From Basidiobolus meristosporus CBS 931.73 (Eukaryota > Fungi > Basidiobolomycota), in assembly GCA_002104905.1 (NCBI GenBank), contig MCFE01000209.1, forward strand, positions 62,001 to 126,000: a stretch of 64,000 nt of DNA, given 5' to 3'. Made by a program: the position numbers and the translations under genes. This document shows, in pieces, positions 39,748 through 50,134 of this stretch. Every line of letters starts with the position of its first letter. The stretch's first letter is position 1. Below the pieces are notes generated by a model. That model did no database searches and had not been told where the DNA came from. It was given only the letters and a program-made list of their open reading frames with translations.

Positions 39748-40938
39748 TGTGGTAATGGAAAGTATTCCATTACTACAATATCTCTAAACTAATATTGCAC
39801 TCATTTCTTTATTTTGCTTTTTGCTATCATAGCACACAAGAGAAAGATCAAGAATTTCCAATTTGAAGAGCAAATGCTCCAGACCCTGACAAGCAATCCA
39901 CCCAAGAATATTATGTCATATAGAACACGTAGTAGCCAACACATGTTTCAAATTACAGCTCATTTGAAGCAGTACTTAAGGAGTTATGACCAAAAGAGTC
40001 CAACTATTATATATACTATGCCTTATTGCTAGGATTACTATGGTGACTTTGATTGCATGTAACTTTTGAACCAGCCAATCAAATCACGTGAAATTTTCAC
40101 AGGTGCTGCGCCTATGTCCGATCTGCGCCACTGTAGAATTGTAGCTTTGTATCACATGTATTGCTTGTGCAATTGCCCAAAAACTTTGATCCTTCAAGAT
40201 TTTCATATATATGACTTCCCCAGCTGAAAAATAAAGGGAGAGCCTCTCTTTCCAGAATCTCCACACTACTACTACAAGTTTAAAGGTTATAAGACTTCCC
40301 CTGCATCACTTGCACTGTTGAGTATTCTGACTTTGATCAGTACTACATCAGTAAAGAGACTGTAAAGCTCACAAGAATCCAATCTAAGTTCTACAAGAAA
40401 CTACCACTATTCTGTTGGAAAAGTCCCCTCTAAGAAACCCCTTTAGTCTAAAGACCCCTTTAGAGACCCCTTTAAGAAACCCCTTTACTCTAAAGAAGCC
40501 CCTTTAGGCACCCCTTTAGTGTAAAGTCCACTTTAGAGACCACTACAAGAAGCCCCTTTAGACACCCCTTTAGGTCTAAAGACCCCTTTAGAGACTTCTA
40601 CAACACACCCCTTTAGCTTAAAGGGGAGTTCAGAATTTCCATATTAGGAAATATTTTCTCAAAAAGGAAAGTGACTTCCAAATAAGGAAAAGTTACTATA
40701 AAAGTAAATAAGCCCATTAGTCGACAGAAGGTCAGAACACTGCTGTAGAAGTGATAAACACTGCCTACAGTATATTTTGAGCCAAGATTGAGGAAACTAG
40801 TGAAAGTTATATCTTCTATTGGTAGATCAAACTCCCAATAAACTATTTCAGTATTAGCATACTGGAAGTTGTTGTATATTGTTGATTAGCCTCTACATTG
40901 TAGAACAAGCCCCAAACTAATCATAATACAACACAACA
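39748..40938 (+). mobile_element. Solo LTR of gypsy family A inserted inside the shared family B LTR
   Basis: TGTGG...CAACA ends. Perfect TSD GAAC. Removal restores CTGGAACCTCAATAAAA of the B LTR. Confidence 0.92.
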
Positions 40939-43900
40939 GAACCTCAATAAAAATCAGTTCAAGTTTTAGTGAATACAATATTGGCTAAACTCCCTATTCC
41001 TCTACAACTCTTATACCAAGACTTGTAACATTGGTAGCAGCAATAATTCTCCCAGATTGCAGAAGCTTTCAAAGCTAAGGTAATAGCTGCAGAAAACAAG
41101 TTATATTATGCAGCCTCCTACCTGGCAGATGCAGCTTTACAGTGGTGCCACACAAAGATCAGGTCAGTCACCATGATGGGATCCTCTACAATCTCTACCT
41201 GGGATAAGTTTGTGTTGGATATCAGGATGCTTCTGAGCCCCCACATCAGCAGACACTACTAAGAAGAAAGCTGAAAACACTCAGACCAAAAGGAATGGTT
41301 CAAGAGTACATCTACAAATGTAGATGCCTACTTGGACAAATTGAAAGAATGGACCCCCTGGAACAAGTGGAATACTTCATTGATGGGTTAAAGCAAAGAA
41401 CTTGCAAGGAAGTGTAATATCAAAGACCTCAGACTATTGAAGTAACCATCAAGACTGCTATTCACTGTGACTTGGCCATGTTTGAAGTTGGAAAGCCCAC
41501 AATGACTAATCAGTGAAGGCCATGATCACTATGAAAGAAGACCATCAGAAGCAGTGCCAATGAAAGTAGGTGCAATGCAGAAGAATCCTTCCTCAAAAGA
41601 TTGTAAGAAGAAAGGACTTTGCTTTAATTGCCACCAGCAGGGACATATTGCAAAGTACTAGCCTCAAAGAAGAAGTGGACACCAGCCATCAAGAGCCTTT
41701 AACCAAACTGAAGCCCTTGAGCACACTAACATGGATGAAGAACTTGGAGAAGACTCATAACTCAACTTCTATATGACAGAAGAATACATATCCCAGATAG
41801 CCTCAAACTCAGGACAGCTATTATATTTGAATGGAGTAATCAATGGAGTACCTACTAAGATCATGATAGACACAGTAGCATTGCATGAGAACATATCAGA
41901 GCAATTTGCCCTGAAAGCTGGCATCAACTCAGAACCCACCAAATCAACTTCAGTCTCAACAGCTGATGGGAACTCTCACATAATCAACCATATTACTTAG
42001 CCAGTAGGATGAAGATCAATGACTACAAAGAAGACCTACAGGCCCATACTTTTGGGAACTGCAAGTTTGACCTTGTACTTGGAAAATCTGGCAATTCTGT
42101 TGTAATCCATCAATGAGATGTAGAACCCATACCACTCAGATCCAGAAGGATAACAAGACCTATGAGCTATTACCTGCCAGACAGGATTTCAATTTGGTCA
42201 ATTCCAATGTATGTGAAGCAAGTGAACTTAGCAAGACACAGTTTGTAGGGCACTTAGAAAAGTCACCCAGATGTTCCTCATGGTAGTATTACAGAACGAT
42301 TCTTCTACTCCAGCACCTCAGATGATCCAGACTCTTTTGAAGGAATACTCAGATGTATTACCAGATGAGCTTGTAAGCCTACCACCAGTCAGAGACATGG
42401 ATCATGCCATCAACACAGGAAAGAGCCTGCCAGTGAGTAAGACACCTTGTAGAAGGAGTCCATTGGTGCTGGAAGAGATGAAGAGACAAATAGATCAGTT
42501 ATTGGAGCAAGGATATATCAGACCCAGCAGGTTACCTTTGGCAGCACCAGTACTTTTTGTGAAAAAGAAGGAAGGAATACTTAGGATGTTCATTGGCCAC
42601 AGAGCCCTCAATATGGCTACTGTTAAGAATAAGTACCCTATGCCTTGGATTGATGAGCTTTTGGACCAACTCAATGGAGCTACCATATTCAGCAAGATTG
42701 ACCTTATGTCAGGATTCAATCAGATTAGGGTGAAACCAGAAGACATCCCTAAGACAGCATTCAGGACCAGATATCAACATTACAAGTACCTAGTCATGAG
42801 ATTACATATAAAGCAAGACAGAAGAAGATCACTTGGTGCTCATTGAAAAGGTCTTGAAGAAGCCAAGAGTGAACAAGCTATATGGCAAGCTAGCAAATTG
42901 TGAGTTCTTGAAGGAACACATTGAATAACTAGGACACATAGTGACTAGCACACAAGTGACCTTACACCCCAAGAAGGCTGAAGTCATTAAAAATCTGAAG
43001 CAGCCCCATAGCGCATCAGAACTCAGAATATTCCTTGGAATGGTTTTCTGGTATTGAAGATTTCTCAATTCCTTTGCAAGTATTGCAGCCCCTTTAACTG
43101 ATATTCTCAAGAGAGACAGCACCATGATGTGGGACATAGCCTGTGAGACTGCCTTTCATATGCTCAAGAATGAACTTGCTAACCTGCCAAGCTTAAGAAT
43201 CCCAGACTTCAGAAAAGAGTTTACTCTATGCACAGATGCTTCATACTGTGCAATTGGTGGAGTACTAAGCCAAGAACATGAGGGAAAGGATTACCCAGTT
43301 GCTTTTGAGTACAAGAAGTTGAACTCAGCAGGACAGCACTATCCAGTGCATGAGAAGGAGAATCTTGCCATAATACACTGCCTGAGGACCTGGAGATGCT
43401 ACATTGAAGGAGTCAAGTGCACTGTGAAGACTGATCACACCTCTCCCAAGTGTATATTCACTCAGAAAGTACTCCCCAGAAGAATGAGTAGATGGAGTGA
43501 ATGCCTTCATCAATTTGACCTGAAGATTGTCTACTGCCCTGGGAACAACAACACAATTGCTGATGCCTGATTAAGATTAGACAAGTTGCACAACTCATCT
43601 TAGCGCATGAACCAGATTGGCCTAGCCTATCACCAAAGTACTTGGAGGACCAAGTCATTCCTAATAAGGTGGATGAAGAGATCAAGAAGATAATCCAGGA
43701 TGAAGCCAGCAAATTTGTGGTACAGGATGAAACACTCTACCAAATTGTTGATGGAAGCCCTGTTGCCTATTGCCCTTATGTTTCTTGCCTGGATTTAATA
43801 CATAAGGTACACAATGGATATGGACATCTTGGAATTGAAGGAACCTAAAGCCTTGTGAAAGCCAGAGCATGGTGGCCCAGAATGAAACATGACATTGAGA

Positions 43901-45262
43901 AGCTAGTGAAGACATACTCAAATTGCTAAATCATCCAAGGCCAACCACAGAGAATTGCCAAACTCTTTCCCTTGGAGCCTGTAAGACCATTCAAAAGATG
44001 GGGAATTGATTTTAATGGAAGACTGCCAACCACCAGGAAATGCAACCGTTGGATCCTAGTAGCAATTAGCCATGCCACTAAATGGCAAGTGGCTAACACA
44101 GTACCTATAGCCAGTGAACAAGAAGTTACAAGTTTTATCTACCATGAGATTCTTATTAGGTTTGGATGCCCTGTAGAGATTTTATCTGATAGAGGAGCCA
44201 ACTATATGGCAAAGACATTGGAAGCTTACCTGGAAATGCAGCAAATCAAACACTTGAAAACCTTGGCATATCACCCTAGAATTAATGGAGCCACTGATTG
44301 GTTTAATGGACTATTTGGAAAAATGCTGACCATGAATGCAAATGGAACAGTCAGTAGATGAGATGAGTATATAGACCAAGCACTTTTTGCATACAGAGTT
44401 AGAGTACACAACACTACCTAACAATTGCGATTTTACTTGGTGTATGGATGTGAACCAAGGATTCCAGGAGGTCTCACACAACCAAAGCTTACAGATGCCT
44501 TAGAAGATGAGTGCAATTAGCCAAGTAGCCACCAGCAGCTGGAACAAAGATGTCAAGAGGCACAGGCCAAAGTATCTCAAAGTGCAGAAAAGATGAAGCA
44601 GAGATTTGATAAGACTATATCACTAGAGGCAATCACAGTCAAGAACTTTGTATTGCTGAGAAACATCACTTGGAAGAAGTCTGAGGCACAATGGACAGGA
44701 CCTTTTAATATCATCAGAGTATGTTCATTAGCAACTCATCAACTAGTGGACAAACAAGGCCATATCCAGGAAGGCTTAATTCATAGAGGCTGACTCAAGC
44801 TTGCAAGACTTGTCAACTTTACTAAACCAATAAGATACTGGTGTCAAAAGAAAAGAAATTCAGGGGAGCCCTCTCAACTTCGGTACGGGAGAATGTTATG
44901 ATCTACAACTTGACTGTTTAAGTTAGGTCTGTTTTTAGTCAAATCAATTAGTTAAAGGTTTAGGTTATCAATATATCAGTGTTATCTAACAAATTGGTAG
45001 CATTAGTTAGCAAATGAATCAGCATATCCCTATCAGACAGAAATAGATATGTTGAGTAGGATCTAATTAGGTGATGATCATGCAATCAAATCAGTCATCA
45101 GCCATAACCTAACTTATGTAATACTATTAGTCAGCAATTAGTCTAGCAAGATATGTATAAGGAGCTGCTGGCACCTCAATAAAAATCTGTTTAAGCTTAA
45201 GTGAATATAATATTAGCCAAAGTCTCTATTTGGCTACAACACTTATACCAGGACTTGTAACA

Positions 45263-46110
45263 CTGTAAGAAGTTTCCATCAATGTCATGAATGTTGCAGG
45301 GGCATTAGTGAGGCCAATATCAATGACTAAGTACTCATAGAGTCTATGTATGGTCCTGAATGCTGTCTTAGGGATGTCTTCTGAGGTCAATCTTACTGAA
45401 TATGGCAGCTTTATTGAGTTGGTTTAAAAGCTGATCAATCAAGGGAATGGGGTACTTAGTCTTCACAGTGATTGAGTCAAGGGCTTTGTAGTCAATGCAC
45501 ATCCAAAGATTTCCATCTTTCTTTGTCTTGAACAGCACAAGTGCTCCCCAGGGTGACTTGCAGGGCCAGATGTATCTTTGCTCCAACAATTGTTCAATTT
45601 ATATCTTCATGTCTTCAAACTCTATTGGACTCATCCTGTAAGGTGTCTTGCTAACTGGGGGGCAATTCTCTCTGTCAATAGCATGATTGAGGTCTCTGAC
45701 TGATGGTAGGCCAACAGGTTCCTTTGGAAGTACAACTGAATATTCTACAAGAGTCTGAACTCTCTGGGGAACTAGAGTAGAGGACTTATCTTCTGATACT
45801 GCCATAAGGAACATCCTTGCACCTTTCCAAAGTGCTATAGAACTGGGTTGTCTTAAGCTCATTTGTTTCTTGCACACTCAAGTTGACCAAGTTGAAGTCT
45901 AGGCTGGCAGGTAGTAGATCATAGGTCTGGATGCCTTTTTGGAACTGAGTGGTATGAGTTCTCCCAGTGATTGATGGATTGCAATTAAATGGGCACATTT
46001 TTGCAAGTACAAGGTGAAACTTACAGTTTCCAAACATGTAGACCTATAGGTACTATTGATAGTCATAAATCTTCATTTTTACTGGTTGAGTCATAAGGCC
46101 AATTATGTAA
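45263..46110 (-). mobile_element. Continuation of element B1 (RT N-terminus and protease); truncated
   Basis: Minus-strand ORFs [36 protein letters not shown] and FGNCKFHLVL. Continuous with 30926-30973 across the tandem insertion. Confidence 0.85.
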
Positions 46111-48701
46111 GAGTTCCCATCAGCAGGCAGGTGTACGCAATTGTATAGGTTGGTAAGCAGGAGGCAATAGTTTTTTCAATTTGAACTATATGTGGAATAC
46201 CCAAGGTAGTAGTGGGTAAGCAAATAAAGATGGGTGATTCTACAGTGGAATATATGAATTGCACATGGTGAGGTAGAAAAAGGAAATATCATTTGGTAAA
46301 TTGGTACAGTAGCATTATACAGAACCAGCGGTAGGCCATCATACTGCCAATGTGATGCCATCAGAGTCTTGCTGTGAGGCCGTCAAAATACCATCAAGTT
46401 TCTTGCCATTTAAGGCAATTGGATGTCCTGGCTGGTTGGATCCACTTAAAATAGTTGTAGAGTGCTAAAAGACTGCAACAATGCCATGCAATTATTGTCA
46501 CAGCACCAATTGAATCTTGTCAAGTTTTATCCCTTTATTTGGTTTTTAAAATTAGCAAAACACTGTGGTGATCCCATCATCAGATTATTAAGAGGGTCAC
46601 TAATTCTAAACTGCTGGTATTATGATAGCCTCTTAACAGGATCCTGATGGCTGATCCGGACTGGATCCACCAGTGGGACCAAGTTATTTTTCATAGGGAT
46701 ATGTTTGCAAGATGTATTTGTCACCAGCTATACAAGGTATATGGCAACTAGGCAAGGTCAGTAAGTAGGAGGCCATAGTTTTTTTTTTGACTCAAACTAT
46801 ATCTGAGATATCCAAGGTAGTAGTGGGTAAGAAAATAAAGAGAGGTGATTTTACAGTGGAATATATGAATTGCGCAAGGTGAGGTTGAAAATGGAGATAC
46901 CAGTTGGTAAATTGGTACAGTAGTATTATACAGAACTAGCTGTAGGCCACCAAACTGCAGTAATAGTGCCATCAGTGGCTTGCAATGAGTCCATCAAAAC
47001 ACTGCCAAGTGTTTTGCCATATAAGGCAGTTGGATGTACAGACCTGTTAGATCCACTCCACTAGCTGTAGAGTGCATTAAAACTGCAATAATGCCATGCA
47101 ACCCTTAGCAAAATACCACCCAAACAATGTCATGTTTTTTAACTTTATTTTGCGGTAAAATTGGCCAACTGCTGTTGTGATCCCATCATAAGATTGTGTA
47201 GAGGGTCATTTATTCCAAGCCGCTGGTATTGTAACAGTCCCCTAATGGGATCTGTTGTGGACCCACCCACAGGACCACATTATTTCTCATAGGGTACCAT
47301 GAGTACATTGGAAGCATTGGGAGTCATATGATGACATTGTAAGAATACTTATCAAGAAGTGGATCACCAACACCAAATTAACGTATATATAGCTTTTATG
47401 CAAGAAGTTTTGCAATGGGACTTGAGCAGCAATACTGCAAGCATAAAGCTGAGCATATATATCTCTGCTATCACTGTATCCATTCTCTATTCCATCTTGC
47501 TTGGTGCATGGAGAATATTGGGCCTTGCTTCACCATTTGGGAGTTTCCTAGGGAGTAAATGTGAGAGGGGACAGGAAGACAAGTCAAGTTGCAGGTACTA
47601 CCATATTGCAACCTTATCAAGAATATTACCTTCAGGTTCATCATGGATGTGGTGAGTTGGCTCATGGGGTAAAGCCATGTAGAGCTAGAAAATACTGAGG
47701 ACAGATGTGCACATGGAGACATCTATGTCTTTGACACTCAGAAGCTAAGCTGCCCCAATGCATGGGCAATTAGTTAATTAATGCAAAGTTGGATTGGGCA
47801 CAACAAGCAACTAATTTTTATTAGGACAACTTTGCCAAACTATGTTAGATTTCCCTTGGCACAAGCCAATTTCTACACCATCCAGTACAGAATTACTCAA
47901 ACAAGAGCCATAGCACATCTATGATGGGGACTAGAATCCAGCAAGCAGAAGGAATATATTAGGTAAATACCAGGAGGTTCCTTGAAGATATTCAGGGTGT
48001 ATTCATGGCAAAAGTGGTGGCAACCAAGCATAGGTTTGCAAGATGTATATCTTTCATCAATACAGGGTATATGGCAACTTTGCAAGTATCACACTAAAAA
48101 GCCATAAAGCTGAGGTGCTAGAAGTGTGTCAATTGCAGCAGGTGTGTGTATGTAGAGGTTAGTAAGCTGGTGGTCATGATACTTTGATTCAAAGCATATG
48201 TGGAATACTCAAGGTAGTGGTGGGTAAGCAAATATAGAGAGGTGATTCAACAGTGGCAATAAGAATGGTGCAAGAGGAGGTAGAAAAAGAAAATACCACT
48301 TGGTAAATTGGTACTGTAACATTATACAGAACTAGCTGTAGGCTACTGTACTGCTGTTATAATGCCAGTGGAGGTTTGTAATGAGGTCATCCAGACACTG
48401 TCTAGTTTCTTGCCATATAATACAACTGGATGTATTGGCCAGTTAGGTCTACTCAAATAAATGTGGAGCACATCAAGACCATTAAAATGTCATTCAATTC
48501 TTGTCAAAAGACCACTCAAGCACTGTTAAGTTTTTAACTTTATTTGGCAGTAAGTCAGTAAAACACCATCACAATCCCTTCATTAGATTGTGTGGAGGGT
48601 CAATAATTCCAAGCTGCCAATGTTATGATGGAATCATTGCGGGATCCTGACAGCTGATCTGAGTTGGATCCACCCGCAAGACCAAATCATTTTTCATTGG
48701 G
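46110..48701 (-). mobile_element. Three head-to-tail LINE-like 5' segments (~46110-46698, 46699-47294, 47295-48701)
   Basis: Each unit starts CCC(T/A)ATGA(A/G)AAAT on the minus strand. APE N-terminal-like motifs follow (TIIAWHC/RVAWHY, cf. I.SWN; QET at 46397-46405 and 48404-48412). Unit 3 is homologous to 490-960 and 6450-7420. Confidence 0.6.
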
Positions 48702-48771
48702 TGTAAATTGGCCACCCTGCATGATCCTCACCACCAATCCATATTGGATCCAATCAAGGGACCAAATTACT

Positions 48772-49502
48772 AGACTTGTACCATTGGATAGTGCCACATT
48801 GAGCCATGAGTGCCAAATGATGCCATAGTGTGCTAGGGAGGCCAAGTGGGCCTACACTTGGTCACAGAGTGTGCAGCACAGCTCTGCATCTTCATGCAAA
48901 GCAGCCCTGGTGTTTCACTCATTGTGATGGAGAAAATCCATTTGTTGACCTTTTTTTTTAGGTCAATGTTGTAAAGGATGTGTAAGTGCACAAAAGGATT
49001 GAAGATATGCATCTGGTACTCAATACCCTTGGCACTCTGAATCTAGCTCCTGTGGCTTGTAACATTTCACAAAATGCATGGCACTATCTTGGTCCACTGG
49101 TACTATCTGGCACTATATTTAAATATTAGCCCTAAAGTAAGATCAATACAAAGCACTTATAGTGCCAGATAGTACCAGTGGACCAAGATAGTGCCATGCA
49201 TTTTGTGAAATGTTACAAGCCACAGGAGCTAGATTCAGAGTGCCAAGGGTATTGAGTACCAGATGCATATCTTCAATCCTTTTGTGCACTTACACATCCT
49301 TTACAACATTGACCTAAAAAAAAGGTCAAAAAATGGATTTTCTCCATCACAATCAGTGAAACACAGGGGCTGCTTTGCATGAAGATGCAGATCTATGTTT
49401 CACACTCTGTGGCCAAGTATAGGCTCACTTGGCCTTTTTGGCACACTATGGCATCATTTGGCACTCATGGCTCAATGTGGCACTATCCAATGGAACAAGT
49501 CT
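48772..49502. mobile_element. 731-bp foldback (palindromic) non-autonomous element of the AGACTTGTTCCATT TIR family
   Basis: Arms at 48772-49117 and 49158-49502 with a 40-bp loop. TSD ACT (48769-48771, 49503-49505). Confidence 0.95.
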
Positions 49503-49505
49503 ACT

Positions 49506-49869
49506 GTCATAGGCCAAATTAGTAAGGTTAGTGTATACAGGACTAGCTGTAGACTGCTGCACTGAAATGATAATGCCAGAAGAGGTCTGCATAGAGGCTG
49601 TCACAACAATGTCAAGCTTCCTATGAGATAAGACAATTTCATGTATTGGCAGGTTTGGTCCACTTTAATAAATGTAAACCACAATGAAACTGCATTAATG
49701 CCTTGCAAAACCCACAAAAAGACTGTCACAAGACTGACACAATTGCACCATAACATTGTGAAGTGGGTGAAGAAATCCAAGCTGCTGGCACTACAATGGG
49801 CATATTATTGAATCTGAGTGGATGAGCCACATTGGAGCCACCTGCAAGACCACAGTATTTGTCATAAGG
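49506..49869 (-). mobile_element. Fourth, more diverged LINE-like 5' segment
   Basis: Aligns to the 48330-48701 part of unit 3 and starts CCTTATGACAAAT on the minus strand. Confidence 0.55.
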
Positions 49870-50134
49870 ATCTATTAATTGAATTTTTGGTTACTTCTCT
49901 TAAGAGTATCTTTGCTGTAAATGAGTTTAGTCTAAGATATATCTCCTCAGCAGCTGAACATGATTGTTTTATGTCTTAAAATACCTTCCCAGCATTCTTT
50001 GTTATTTTTGCTCTTCAGTATTCAATTGACAGTTTGTCTTTAACATTGAGGCAAACACAGTTAAAGGCAATTTGCTGATTCTTCTGGCACTTTAAGACCT
50101 CTCCTCCTCACCTGTGGGGGAGCATATTTCTATC
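49870..50134 (-). mobile_element. gag fragment of an older copia copy (left of the nested insertion)
   Basis: Reverse complement aligns to gag 50640-50900 (GCCTTTAACTG..., CAATCATGTTCAGCTGC). Confidence 0.8.

Larger units (their letters stand above)
30974..45262 (+). mobile_element. Tandem dimer of gypsy family B (LTR-internal-LTR-internal-LTR) with nested insertions
   Basis: LTRs at 30974-31323, 39469-41030 and 44894-45262. PBS TTGGTAGCAGC follows the first two. Two decayed gag-pol copies. Perfect 4-bp TSD CTGT (30970-30973, 45263-45266). Confidence 0.9.

Noticed and set aside
35002-40938. Inversion between the two inverted A solo LTRs
   Set aside because: Each LTR keeps its own matching TSD and the B2 RT/RNase H between them is still on the plus strand.
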